Positions 1 through 8,443 of a DNA stretch of 51,115 nucleotides are shown piece after piece; positions within the stretch are counted from its first letter, which is position 1; every line of letters begins with the position of its first letter. The stretch covers positions 68,041 through 119,155 of the forward strand of contig JBDSNU010000017.1 of assembly GCA_039915165.1 (NCBI GenBank), in the 5' to 3' direction. Origin of the DNA: Minisyncoccota bacterium. Lineage in GTDB: Bacteria; Patescibacteriota; Minisyncoccia; Phycocordibacterales; UBA9973. The notes below the pieces were generated by a model. The model saw only the letters and a program-made list of their open reading frames with translations, did not search any database and was not told where the DNA came from. Both the position numbers and the translations under genes were made by a program.

Positions 1-240
1 GATCCTTTTAAGATCGCTGACAAGGCATATGCTGTATCAGTACACGTAAAAGGCTCTGGTATCCACTCTCAAGCAGAAGCAGTACGTCATGGCCTCGCTC
101 GTGCTCTCGTAGTAGAAGACGAATCAGATAAGACTAAGCTGAAGCAGGAAGGATTCCTCAAGCGCGATCCTCGTTCAAAAGAACGACGAAAATTCGGTCT
201 CAAGAAGGCCCGCAAAGCCCCACAGTGGAGTAAGCGTTAG
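1..240 (+). CDS. rpsI: 30S ribosomal protein S9, 3' part (truncated by window edge)
   Basis: Manual frame-1 translation gives ...[21 protein letters not shown]...[29 protein letters not shown], the S9 C-terminal signature. Confidence 0.97.
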   Translation, partial: DPFKIADKAYAVSVHVKGSGIHSQAEAVRHGLARALVVEDESDKTKLKQEGFLKRDPRSKERRKFGLKKARKAPQWSKR

Positions 241-245
241 TTTAC

Positions 246-275
246 GACATCCTGAGAGCAATCGAAGGATATGTC
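246..275. repeat. REP-like short palindromic element (GACATCCTGAG-agcaa-TCGAAGGATATGTC)
   Basis: Imperfect inverted repeat with CCTGA...GAAGG core between the rpsI stop and its terminator; related copy at 7285-7306. Confidence 0.5.
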
Positions 276-286
276 AAAACCATTTC

Positions 287-311
287 AAAAACCGCATCAT
301 ATGCGGTTTTT
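287..311 (+). terminator. Intrinsic terminator after rpsI
   Basis: AAAAACCGCAT-cat-ATGCGGTTTTT hairpin plus T tract. Confidence 0.85.
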
Positions 312-318
312 GTTTTGG

Positions 319-346
319 TTGACATATGAGGGGATTAAGGTAGAGT
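319..346 (+). promoter_or_regulatory. Sigma70-type promoter TTGACA-N16-TAGAGT
   Basis: Consensus -35 at 319-324, TAnnnT at 341-346, 17 nt before the ATG at 364. Confidence 0.65.
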
Positions 347-363
347 GAAGAAAAAAATCATAT

Positions 364-1497
364 ATGGAAAAAAACATAGTGGTGTTCGGTTACGGACACT
401 TAGCCGAGAGGACAGCAGAGATGCTTGAAACAAAAGGATTTCAAGTCTGGCGAAGTAAGGATAAAAAAGAAGGAGTCGCAGGCAAGGATATTGTTTTGAA
501 TGCTCAGCAAATATTTATCGTTGATGATAATGATGATAAGAACTTAGAATTCCTCGTAGCTATCAATGCATGGGATAGTTCAGCAAAAATTGCTATTGCT
601 ATTTTTAATGCAATGATCGCAGGGCATATTCAAGGATTACATCCTTCGCTTACAGTAATTAGTCCCGCAAAGGTGTCAGCACAAACATTCGCTCAAGCTG
701 TAGATCAAAAAAACAATCGATTGCTGTCATATGTTCCACCAACACTTACAGCAAGATCGGATAGTTTATTGCCGTGGAAAGTTTTGACCATCAAGCTTAT
801 TATTGCATTCGTTGTTATGGTAAGCGTAAGTACGACATTCTTTTGCTTGCATAATAGATTATCAGTTATTGATTCGTTGTACTTTGTTATTGTTACTATT
901 GCGGGTGTAGGATATGGCGATATTACGATGTTGCATGAGGGTAATAGTAGTAAAATTGCAGTGACGATGTTGATAATTGCATCAATGACATTTCTTGCTG
1001 TAGGGATTTCTCTTATCACTAACGAGCTCTTGAAGCAACGGGATGCTGCAAAGTTTGGAATAAAAAAATATTCTATGCGAAACCACGTTATTGTGTGTGG
1101 TCTCGGGAGGTTAGGGTATTGTGTTGCGGAGCTGCTTCTTCAAAAGAAATACAAAGTATTAATTATTGAGAAGGACAAAGAATCACCGCACCTGCAGTAT
1201 TTTAAATCACTCGGTGCACATTTTTACGTTGGTGATGCTGCACTTCCTGCCACATTACTTGATGCAAATGTACATCACGCTCAAGCACTGATTTCTTTAG
1301 TAAATTATGATTCAAAGAATTTACAAATTGGTCTTAGTGCCCGGTCGTTAAACCCGCAACTCAGTTTAGTGCTCCGTATCTACGAAAAAATCACTTCGGA
1401 AGAAATAAAGCAGTTTTTTGATATTCAGCTGACATACTCAGTATCAGAAATTACAGCAGAAATCCTTATCGAAAAAATGCTCACAACCCCTTATTAA
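364..1497 (+). CDS. Potassium channel protein with two TrkA-N/RCK (NAD-binding) domains flanking a 2-TM pore
   Basis: GYGHLA and GLGRLG Rossmann motifs; pore segment DSLYFVIVTIAGVGYGD between two hydrophobic helices. Confidence 0.85.
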   Translation: MEKNIVVFGYGHLAERTAEMLETKGFQVWRSKDKKEGVAGKDIVLNAQQIFIVDDNDDKNLEFLVAINAWDSSAKIAIAIFNAMIAGHIQGLHPSLTVISPAKVSAQTFAQAVDQKNNRLLSYVPPTLTARSDSLLPWKVLTIKLIIAFVVMVSVSTTFFCLHNRLSVIDSLYFVIVTIAGVGYGDITMLHEGNSSKIAVTMLIIASMTFLAVGISLITNELLKQRDAAKFGIKKYSMRNHVIVCGLGRLGYCVAELLLQKKYKVLIIEKDKESPHLQYFKSLGAHFYVGDAALPATLLDANVHHAQALISLVNYDSKNLQIGLSARSLNPQLSLVLRIYEKITSEEIKQFFDIQLTYSVSEITAEILIEKMLTTPY

Positions 1498-1511
1498 TAG
1501 GGGTTGTTTTT
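1483..1511 (+). terminator. Intrinsic terminator
   Basis: ACAACCCC-ttattaata-GGGGTTGT plus T tract. Confidence 0.75.
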
Positions 1512-1512
1512 A

Positions 1513-1540
1513 TTGACAAAATAAAATATTTATGCATAAT
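1513..1540 (+). promoter_or_regulatory. Promoter TTGACA-N16-CATAAT (TG extended)
   Basis: -35 at 1513-1518, TGCATAAT at 1533-1540; implies the real start is the ATG at 1565. Confidence 0.6.
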
Positions 1541-1564
1541 AAATTCAAATTAAAACAATTGAAA

Positions 1565-2437
1565 ATGATAAAAACAGTAGACAAAAAAGGGTTATGGCTG
1601 AGAATTAGTCAGTATAACTTTGAGCATGTTGTACCAACACATTTGTGGGACAAAGTGCAGGCAGTATTTGGTGGTGAGGATGCGTCGATGAGAGCATTTG
1701 CACAAAAAGTTGCAGATAAGAAAAAATGGACCCTATCTTTCACTCGAAAGGTTATCCAGGAATATAAAAAATTCACCTATCTTGCTGTAGTGGGTACAAA
1801 CCAGGTTACGCCTTCAAAACTTGTTGATGAATTGTGGCATGAGCATTTGCTCTTTACACAAGGGTATCGCAAGTTTTGCGAAGAAGTTCTTGAGTATGAT
1901 TTAAATCATGACCCAAGCCTTTTGGAAACATCAAAAGAAATCGGCATATTCAGTGCACAGTATGAAGATACTGTTGCTCTGTATAAAAAAGAGTTTGGCA
2001 TTGATGCTCCGGAAGAATTATGGGGAATTACTAAATTTAAAAAAGAACGTGTTGTGGCAGATCGGGATTTCTGGCCGCGTGAAAAAAAACGTACCCGGGA
2101 TGAAGAGTATACAAGCGTTGCCATTGCTGATGGTGATGATTTTATGCCACTACATAATTGGTTTAGTATTTCAGATCCTCATGCACCACAGGTTCACCAT
2201 GACTTTAATGGTTTTGGTGGTGGTTCGGCTGGTGGAGGCGGTTCAAGTGGAACATTTGAATCTGCTCCAGCACATAGCCATACTGGCGGTGACCATTCAA
2301 TGGCTGTAGACACAGCTACAAATGCTGATACTAGTGACTCGGGAGGCGCCAGTGATAGCGGCGGTACTTCTTGCAGCTCTGGCAGCAGTTGCAGTGGATC
2401 AAGTTGTGGTGGTGGAAGTTGCGGCGGGGGAGATTAA
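1565..2437 (+). CDS. Glycine-rich-domain (GRDP-like) protein with Gly/Ser/Cys-rich C-terminal tail
   Basis: EYKKFTYL...VTPSKLVDELWHEHLLFTQGYRKFC...LNHDP motif typical of glycine-rich-domain proteins; tail SCSSGSSCSGSSCGGGSCGGGD; start moved from 1532 to 1565 on promoter position. Confidence 0.7.
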   Translation: MIKTVDKKGLWLRISQYNFEHVVPTHLWDKVQAVFGGEDASMRAFAQKVADKKKWTLSFTRKVIQEYKKFTYLAVVGTNQVTPSKLVDELWHEHLLFTQGYRKFCEEVLEYDLNHDPSLLETSKEIGIFSAQYEDTVALYKKEFGIDAPEELWGITKFKKERVVADRDFWPREKKRTRDEEYTSVAIADGDDFMPLHNWFSISDPHAPQVHHDFNGFGGGSAGGGGSSGTFESAPAHSHTGGDHSMAVDTATNADTSDSGGASDSGGTSCSSGSSCSGSSCGGGSCGGGD

Positions 2438-2455
2438 CTCCTAATAGTTACAAGT

Positions 2456-2485
2456 AAAGAGGATTGCTTAAGCAATCCTCTTTTT
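2456..2485 (+). terminator. Intrinsic terminator
   Basis: AAAGAGGATTGCT-ta-AGCAATCCTCTTT near-perfect hairpin plus T tract. Confidence 0.85.
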
Positions 2486-2488
2486 ATA

Positions 2489-2516
2489 TTGACACGATGA
2501 ATATTTATAGTAGAGT
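2489..2516 (+). promoter_or_regulatory. Promoter TTGACA-N16-TAGAGT
   Basis: Same -35/-10 hexamers and spacing as at 319-346. Confidence 0.65.
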
Positions 2517-2557
2517 GATTTAAAGTCATTTAAAAAAATAAATACGAGGATAAATAA

Positions 2558-2929
2558 ATGGAAAAACTACTAGTACTAGTAAGTAATTCAGACCTGCTGA
2601 ATACACACTACTTTTTTATTGCAGGATTCATTTTGACAATGATCGTGCTGTTTATAGGAATACCGCAAAAACAAAAATTTGTGACAAGTGCTGACTACCG
2701 TCTCGCACTACAACGGTATAAAAGAGATCGCCACTCTTGGAGTGCTTTGCAAAAATATGTCTGGGGAGCAATATTCCCCACGATGTATATTTTCCGATTG
2801 ATCTTTGTCATGAATAAAACCTTCGATACTGCACAGGTAATGATGATAATAATGTGGATTATATTTATTGGATTACTCTCTAATCTTATAAAATACAGCA
2901 TAGTTAATTATTATTTATCGAAAAGGTAA
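2558..2929 (+). CDS. Hypothetical 3-TM membrane protein
   Basis: 123-aa ORF, three hydrophobic segments, own promoter and terminator. Confidence 0.7.
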   Translation: MEKLLVLVSNSDLLNTHYFFIAGFILTMIVLFIGIPQKQKFVTSADYRLALQRYKRDRHSWSALQKYVWGAIFPTMYIFRLIFVMNKTFDTAQVMMIIMWIIFIGLLSNLIKYSIVNYYLSKR

Positions 2930-2938
2930 GATTTCCCT

Positions 2939-2968
2939 AAGCCCGCCCTTAAAAGGCGAGCTTTTTTT
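2939..2968 (+). terminator. Intrinsic terminator
   Basis: AAGCcCGCC-cttaaaa-GGCGaGCTT plus T tract. Confidence 0.7.
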
Positions 2969-2996
2969 ATTGTAAATTTTTTGTATAATCAAGCAT

Positions 2997-3620
2997 ATGA
3001 AAGACGATGAATATAACTCAGTAGTACAATCAGAAGATATAGAAGCGCCTGCGGTAGCAACCCATACAGAGGTTGATGAGAATGCTGATATGGTATTTGA
3101 AGCCAGTGATGAAGAGGGAAATGCTTTAGGTGGCGCCAAGAAACAAAATGATCTACGTGAAAAGATTAAAACTCTTACCAAAGAAAAGCAGGAGTATTTG
3201 GATGGCTGGCAGCGCTCCCGTGCTGACTATGCCAACTTGCAGAAGACTACCGATGAAGATCGCAAGCGTATGCGCGCATTGATCGAAGAAAATTTCATCA
3301 ATGATCTTTTGCCAATTGTTGATAGTTTTTCAATGGCAATGAGTAATAAAGAAGCGTGGGAAAAAGTAGATGCAAACTGGCGCACAGGGGTTGAATACAT
3401 TTACCAACAACTGACTGCCACATTGAAAGATCGTGGATTCAGTATGTTTGGTGCTGTTGGCGACAAATTCGACCCAACCATGTATGAAGCAGTATCGGAA
3501 ACAGAAACAGCTGACGAATCACTTGATCACACTGTTGCTTCAGTATTGCAGCAAGGATATAAGCTGGGAGCCAACGTGCTCCGCGCCGCCCGCGTCGCAG
3601 TGTATTCACTAAAAAAATAG
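2997..3620 (+). CDS. grpE: Nucleotide exchange factor GrpE
   Basis: WQRSRADYANLQK, LLPIVDSF, FDPTMYEAV, VLQQGYKLG..VLRAARVAV motifs; near dnaK/dnaJ. Confidence 0.95.
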   Translation: MKDDEYNSVVQSEDIEAPAVATHTEVDENADMVFEASDEEGNALGGAKKQNDLREKIKTLTKEKQEYLDGWQRSRADYANLQKTTDEDRKRMRALIEENFINDLLPIVDSFSMAMSNKEAWEKVDANWRTGVEYIYQQLTATLKDRGFSMFGAVGDKFDPTMYEAVSETETADESLDHTVASVLQQGYKLGANVLRAARVAVYSLKK

Positions 3621-3622
3621 CA

Positions 3623-3650
3623 TTGACGTTAAAGGAAAAAATGGTAATCT
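3623..3650 (+). promoter_or_regulatory. Promoter TTGACG-N16-TAATCT (TG extended)
   Basis: -35 at 3623-3628, TGgTAATCT at 3642-3650. Confidence 0.55.
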
Positions 3651-3669
3651 GATGTAAATATAAAAAAAT

Positions 3670-4089
3670 ATGACGCAAGCAGAAATAGAAGTTGTAGCCA
3701 TTTTCACGGATATCTACCCGTTATATGATATTCCGGAGGGACTTCCAAGAGGTATCCACTTAAGCAAGTCGAGAAAGTTTACGGGACTGGAAGACATATG
3801 CCTTATCCCATGTATTCCTGGAAGGACAAAAAATATCCTCGAGCAGATCGAGAGCAGAAATTTTACACCCGCTCCTTCTTCATATGTTTTAGGATTGAAT
3901 CGCCGCATTAAAGAAAATATGCAGATTGTTTCTCTTGATAATGGCAATATATTTGTCGGACGCGAAGGCATGTCGTATATTGCGCTTATCATGAAGCATG
4001 GAACGCAGGAGATACGCTTTGTAAAGCGGGCTCAATTATGGAGTGACAAATGGCTATTTGCTGTTATTAAAAAAGAAATTTTTATTTGA
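3670..4089 (+). CDS. Hypothetical protein
   Basis: 139-aa ORF with own promoter, convergent with the PaaX-like gene; no recognised motif. Confidence 0.65.
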   Translation: MTQAEIEVVAIFTDIYPLYDIPEGLPRGIHLSKSRKFTGLEDICLIPCIPGRTKNILEQIESRNFTPAPSSYVLGLNRRIKENMQIVSLDNGNIFVGREGMSYIALIMKHGTQEIRFVKRAQLWSDKWLFAVIKKEIFI

Positions 4090-4600
4090 TCAATTCAGTA
4101 AACGCCTCCTCTGTTGCTGGATCTAGCGTATCAGTTACGAAAATCATGATCTCGGTCGAAAGGCCGAGATCTTTTTTGATATTCATAAATAGATGTTCGA
4201 AAGGGTAGAGAGATATCCAAACCGAGTTTTTAAGTAAAATGAAGCCAGCCTTTTTTAAGAGGTAGCGCAATCCTTCGCGTTCAGACTTGCGGTCTTCAGA
4301 GAGGTCGAGCAAAATGATACGCCATTTACCGTCCCAGTTTGGGTCGACGAGACTACTGTCATTATCTAAACTAAGACTATGAACCTTACGCTTCCCATCC
4401 CTTGTTAGGCGAGTGTATTCTTGTTGTCCGGAGTGGTGGGTTTCCACTAAACCTGCCTCTTCAAGGCCCTTGAGAGACCGTGTAAGCGCATGTTTCTCCT
4501 TACCTATAACAGCAATCGTTTCAGTTAAATCTGATCGTGAAATTGCTGGTTTTGCGCTTAATAGCTCTAGGATCTTTTTAGAATATGATTTGCGTTCCAT
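4082..4600 (-). CDS. PaaX-family transcriptional regulator (wHTH plus Cas2-like ferredoxin-fold domain)
   Basis: N-terminal wHTH (LTRSLKGLEEAGLV...YTRLTRDG), then WDGKWRIILLDLSEDRKSEREGLRYLLKKAGFILLKNSVWI; start placed at MERKS (4600) from the TGcTACTAT -10 8 nt upstream. Confidence 0.8.
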   Translation of the reverse strand: MERKSYSKKILELLSAKPAISRSDLTETIAVIGKEKHALTRSLKGLEEAGLVETHHSGQQEYTRLTRDGKRKVHSLSLDNDSSLVDPNWDGKWRIILLDLSEDRKSEREGLRYLLKKAGFILLKNSVWISLYPFEHLFMNIKKDLGLSTEIMIFVTDTLDPATEEAFTELIK

Positions 4601-4608
4601 GTACTTGC

Positions 4609-4632
4609 ATAGTAGCAAAACGTTGCTATAAT
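4609..4632. promoter_or_regulatory. Back-to-back extended -10 promoters overlapping the palindrome TAGCAA-aacg-TTGCTA
   Basis: Minus TGcTACTAT (4617-4609) and plus TGcTATAAT (4624-4632). Confidence 0.6.
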
Positions 4633-4717
4633 ATCAACATGTATTTCGCGACCGCTAAATGTAAGTAGAAATACTATTGAATTTAACAGAAAAATTGGAA
4701 ATTAAATAAGATTAAAT

Positions 4718-4748
4718 CCGCCGACGCTCTGATGAGCTATGGTGCGAC
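4718..4748. repeat. Short palindromic repeat element (CCGCC-gac-GCTC-tgat-GAGC-tat-GGTG) in the dnaK leader
   Basis: GC-rich interrupted hairpin in an AT-rich spacer; related sequence inside dnaK at 6568-6592. Confidence 0.45.
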
Positions 4749-4758
4749 AAAGAAAAAT

Positions 4759-6678
4759 ATGGCTAAAATTATCGGAATTGACCTTGGAACTACAAACTCA
4801 GCTGTTGCCATCATTGAAGGTGGACAGCCAAAAATTATCGAAAACATTGAAGGTGCTCGCACCACTCCTTCTATTGTTGCTATGGGTAAGAACGGCGATA
4901 TTCTCGTTGGACTACTTGCAAAGCGTCAGGCTGTGACCAACCCGCAAAATACTATTTATGGTATTAAGCGTTTTATGGGTCACAAATATGACGACGAAGG
5001 AATGGATAAAGTGATCAAAACTTCTCCTTTCAAAGTATCAAAAGGACCTGATGGTGGCGTGCTCGTAAAACTTGGCGACAAGGATTACCGTCCAGAAGAA
5101 GTATCAGCAATGATTTTGCAAAAAATCAAAACTGATGTGGAAGCGAAGCTTGGTGAAAAAATCACTGAAGCTATCATCACTGTACCTGCATACTTCAACG
5201 ATGCTCAGCGTAAGGCTACAAAAGATGCTGGTGCAATCGCCGGTCTTGATGTGAAGCGTATTATCAACGAACCAACTTCTGCTGCTCTTGCATATGGTTT
5301 GAACAATAAAAAAGATGAAAAGATTGTGATCTTCGACCTCGGTGGCGGTACATTCGATGTGTCAGTACTTGAGGTATCTGACGATGTGATCGAAGTGAAG
5401 TCTACTGATGGTGACTCTATGATGGGTGGTCGTGATATCGACTTGAAAATCATGAACTGGATTGCGTCTGAATTCAAAAAGCAAACAGGTATTGATGTAA
5501 TGGGCGACCCTCTGGCACTACAGCGTCTCGATGAAGCTGCAGAAAAAGCAAAGATCGAACTCTCAACTACACTTGAAACAGAAATCAACATTCCTTTCAT
5601 CACTTCAACTGATGCAGGACCTCAACACCTTTTGTTGAAAATCAATCGTGCACAACTTGAAGATCTTGCAAATGAATTCGTAACAGAATCAATCGCAATC
5701 ACCACTCGTGCATTACAAGCTTCCGGTTTCAGTATTGCTGATATTAATGAAGTGATCCTTGTTGGTGGACAGACTCGCATGCCAAAAATTATTGAAGAAG
5801 TGAAAAAGCTTTTCGGTAAAGAACCAAACCTTTCAATCAACCCTGATGAAGTGGTTGCACTCGGTGCTGCTGTTCAAGCTGGTGTATTGCAAGGCGATGT
5901 AAAAGACGTATTGCTCTTGGATGTGATCCCTCTTTCACTCGGTATTGAAACAATGGGTAATGTTGCAACAAAACTTGTTGAACGTAACACTACCATCCCA
6001 AGTTCTAAGAGTCAGGTATTCTCAACAGCTGCTGACAATCAAACAAGTGTAGAAATTCACATCGTGCAAGGTGAGCGTCCTATGGCGGCTGACAACAAGT
6101 CACTCGGACGATTTATCCTCGATGGTATTCCACCAGCACCACGCGGTATTCCACAAGTTGAAGTGACATTTGATGTTGATGCCAACGGTATTTTGAATGT
6201 GAAAGCAAAAGACAAAACTTCTGGTAAGGAACAAACCATTCGTATTGAAGCGTCATCTGGTCTTACTCCTGATGATATCGAACGCATGAAGAAAGATGCA
6301 GAGATGAATGCTGCTGGCGATGCAGAAAAGAAAGTATTGGCGGATGTTAAAAACACTGCCGATATGACAATATTTACTGCAGAGAAATCATTGCAAGATC
6401 ATGCCGCTGTACTCCCTGAAGAAGTGAAGACAGGAGTGAATGCAAAGATTGCTGAAGTTCGTACTGCAAAGGAGGGAATTGATAAAGATGCTATTGAGGC
6501 AAAGATTCACGAACTTTCTACAGAAATGCAGAAGATCGGAGAGTTCATCTCGAAGCAGAATGCTGACCCAGCCACCGCTGAAGCTACGGCGGCCGATGCA
6601 AAAGACGTTCCTGCACAGGAAACACCTGCGCCTGACGCGGCTCCGGCAGAAGAAGCTCCGACAGAACCGACTCAATAA
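4759..6678 (+). CDS. dnaK: Chaperone DnaK (Hsp70)
   Basis: [46 protein letters not shown] motifs; start at 4759 rather than 4732. Confidence 0.99.
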   Translation: MAKIIGIDLGTTNSAVAIIEGGQPKIIENIEGARTTPSIVAMGKNGDILVGLLAKRQAVTNPQNTIYGIKRFMGHKYDDEGMDKVIKTSPFKVSKGPDGGVLVKLGDKDYRPEEVSAMILQKIKTDVEAKLGEKITEAIITVPAYFNDAQRKATKDAGAIAGLDVKRIINEPTSAALAYGLNNKKDEKIVIFDLGGGTFDVSVLEVSDDVIEVKSTDGDSMMGGRDIDLKIMNWIASEFKKQTGIDVMGDPLALQRLDEAAEKAKIELSTTLETEINIPFITSTDAGPQHLLLKINRAQLEDLANEFVTESIAITTRALQASGFSIADINEVILVGGQTRMPKIIEEVKKLFGKEPNLSINPDEVVALGAAVQAGVLQGDVKDVLLLDVIPLSLGIETMGNVATKLVERNTTIPSSKSQVFSTAADNQTSVEIHIVQGERPMAADNKSLGRFILDGIPPAPRGIPQVEVTFDVDANGILNVKAKDKTSGKEQTIRIEASSGLTPDDIERMKKDAEMNAAGDAEKKVLADVKNTADMTIFTAEKSLQDHAAVLPEEVKTGVNAKIAEVRTAKEGIDKDAIEAKIHELSTEMQKIGEFISKQNADPATAEATAADAKDVPAQETPAPDAAPAEEAPTEPTQ

Positions 6679-6683
6679 AACAA

Positions 6684-6739
6684 CGGGAGCTTAGCTCCCG
6701 AAATATTAAAACACCCTATTTTTAGGGTGTTTTAATATT
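6684..6739 (+). terminator. Tandem hairpins/terminator after dnaK
   Basis: CGGGAGC-tta-GCTCCCG (6684-6700) and 17-bp stem AATATTAAAACACCCTA/TAGGGTGTTTTAATATT (6702-6739). Confidence 0.8.
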
Positions 6740-6766
6740 GACATTTTGTATAAAATGTGCTATTAT
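6738..6766 (+). promoter_or_regulatory. Promoter TTGACA-N17-TATTAT (TG extended)
   Basis: -35 overlaps the right arm of the terminator; TGcTATTAT at 6758-6766. Confidence 0.65.
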
Positions 6767-6800
6767 CTAATTAGAAAATCACTTAAAACAAAAATAAATA

Positions 6801-7118
6801 ATGAAAAAGATTGGTATTATTTTTAGAGCAGTAGTAGGGGTGTGGATGATATGGGCGTTTATTTGTCTTTTTATGATGGCGTACTACGGCGATCATGGAA
6901 AAGAGTTAAGCGGAAAAGCGCAAGACACTTTTAATAAACAATTAGTTGTTATATCTTCCCAGTTCGATGCGGTATTTGATAGAGATGATAAAAGAAAAGT
7001 TATACTTCAAAAGCAACAAGACTCTCTTGAAAAAGAAAGGCATTCACTTGAAAGTGAATCCAGTAAATCGTTTCAACAGGGAGATATCTGGTTAAAACGT
7101 AGCTATCTTAATTTTTAA
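6801..7118 (+). CDS. Hypothetical membrane-anchored protein with short coiled coil
   Basis: N-terminal hydrophobic helix then helical charged region; own promoter and terminator. Confidence 0.7.
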   Translation: MKKIGIIFRAVVGVWMIWAFICLFMMAYYGDHGKELSGKAQDTFNKQLVVISSQFDAVFDRDDKRKVILQKQQDSLEKERHSLESESSKSFQQGDIWLKRSYLNF

Positions 7119-7138
7119 TCTTTAAATGTAAGGTTTAC

Positions 7139-7165
7139 AAAGGGTCTCAATTTGAGGCCTTTTTT
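7139..7165 (+). terminator. Intrinsic terminator
   Basis: GGTCTCAA-t-TTGAGGCC plus T tract. Confidence 0.7.
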
Positions 7166-7196
7166 ATTTTCTTATTTATGCTATAGTGTTTGAACT

Positions 7197-7274
7197 ATGA
7201 ACAAGAAACGAAAAATTGCCGCAAAAAAGAAGCGCAAGGCAGATGGTAAGACTGTATCTTTGAGACATCGCTAG
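7197..7274 (+). CDS. Unannotated 25-aa highly basic micro-protein MNKKRKIAAKKKRKADGKTVSLRHR
   Basis: Manual translation; TGcTATAGT extended -10 at 7179-7187; bounded by terminators on both sides. Confidence 0.6.
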   Translation: MNKKRKIAAKKKRKADGKTVSLRHR

Positions 7275-7284
7275 ATGGCTCAAA

Positions 7285-7306
7285 CCCTGAAAACGTAGTT
7301 GAAGGG
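7285..7306. repeat. REP-like palindromic element CCCTGA-aaacgtagtt-GAAGGG
   Basis: Same CCTGA...GAAGG core as 246-275, again between a stop codon and a terminator. Confidence 0.45.
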
Positions 7307-7321
7307 CACGATTCTAAACGC

Positions 7322-7350
7322 TAAAAACGCCCTTTATAAGGGCGTTTTTA
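7322..7350. terminator. Intrinsic terminator (bidirectional type)
   Basis: TAAAAACGCCCTT-tat-AAGGGCGTTTTTA perfect stem. Confidence 0.85.
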
Positions 7351-7368
7351 CGTGTTATAATGGGTCAT

Positions 7369-8442
7369 ATGGCGAAAGACTATTACGAGGTTTTGGGTGT
7401 AGAAAAAAAGGCTTCTAAGGATGAAATCAAGAAGGCTTTTCACAAACTTGCCCATAAGCACCACCCAGACAAAAATGGCGGTGATGACAAGAAATTCAAA
7501 GAAGTGAATGAGGCATATCAGACATTGTCTGATGACGGCAAGCGTTCACAATACGACCAGTTCGGTTCCGCTGCAGGCCCTAGTGGTTTCGGTGGGCAAG
7601 GTCCACAAGGTGGAGGGTTTGAAGATTTTGATTTCTCACAGTTTACACAAGGTGGCGGATTTGATATGGGAGATATTTTTGGAGAAATGTTTGGCGGAGG
7701 GTCACGTAGTGCGCGCAACCGTCGCGGTGCGGATTTACAAACAAGTATCTCACTTGATTTTAAGGAATCAATTTTTGGCGTAGAAAAAGAAATTCGTGTT
7801 ACCAAACCCTCTACTTGTACTACTTGTCATGGTGATGGCGCAAAGCCCGGTACAAAACTACATACCTGTGATCAATGTAATGGACAAGGTGTAGTAAAAA
7901 ATATTCAGCGTACTATCCTAGGCTCAATCGCAACGACACAAATCTGTACTAAGTGTGATGGTAGTGGCAAAATCCCAGATGAGCCTTGTCAGACATGTAA
8001 AGGTAAGGGGATTGTAAATGAAGCGCGAACTATCAAAATCTCTGTGCCTGCCGGTATTCAGAATGGAGAAACACTTCGCTTGCAAGATATGGGCGAAGCC
8101 ATGAAGGGCGTGAAGTCTGGTGATCTCTATGTTCGTATCACTGTTGCTCCACACAAAACAATTACCCGTATCAACAATGATCTTGTTTCTACGCTCTCGA
8201 TCAAACTCACTGATGCATTGCTTGGTGCTCGATATGCAGTTGAAACACTCGATGGTTCTGTGTCAGTGACTGTTCCTGCGGGAACAAAAATTGGCGACAC
8301 TGTTACATTGAAAAACCATGGTGTGCCAATGAGTGCAAGAAAGCGTGGCAATTTTATTATTAAACTTAACATTTCTCTTCCAGAAAAACTTTCAAAAAAA
8401 GCGAAAGATATTATCGAAGAACTTAAAAAAGAAGGCATTTAA
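7369..8442 (+). CDS. dnaJ: Chaperone DnaJ
   Basis: J domain with HPD, G/F-rich region, four CxxCxGxG repeats; TGtTATAAT 7 nt before the ATG at 7369. Confidence 0.98.
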   Translation: MAKDYYEVLGVEKKASKDEIKKAFHKLAHKHHPDKNGGDDKKFKEVNEAYQTLSDDGKRSQYDQFGSAAGPSGFGGQGPQGGGFEDFDFSQFTQGGGFDMGDIFGEMFGGGSRSARNRRGADLQTSISLDFKESIFGVEKEIRVTKPSTCTTCHGDGAKPGTKLHTCDQCNGQGVVKNIQRTILGSIATTQICTKCDGSGKIPDEPCQTCKGKGIVNEARTIKISVPAGIQNGETLRLQDMGEAMKGVKSGDLYVRITVAPHKTITRINNDLVSTLSIKLTDALLGARYAVETLDGSVSVTVPAGTKIGDTVTLKNHGVPMSARKRGNFIIKLNISLPEKLSKKAKDIIEELKKEGI

Positions 8443-8443
8443 T

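Noticed and set aside
4082-4340. Cas2-like domain suggesting a CRISPR-Cas locus
   Set aside because: It is the C-terminal part of a PaaX-like wHTH regulator; no repeat-spacer array or other cas gene is visible in the window.
8333-8443. Extended N-termini given by the track for lysS (also dnaK 4732, YihY 29332, prenyl enzyme 31684, 37707)
   Set aside because: The extensions overlap neighbouring genes, terminators or promoters; downstream ATGs fit family starts and -10 positions better.
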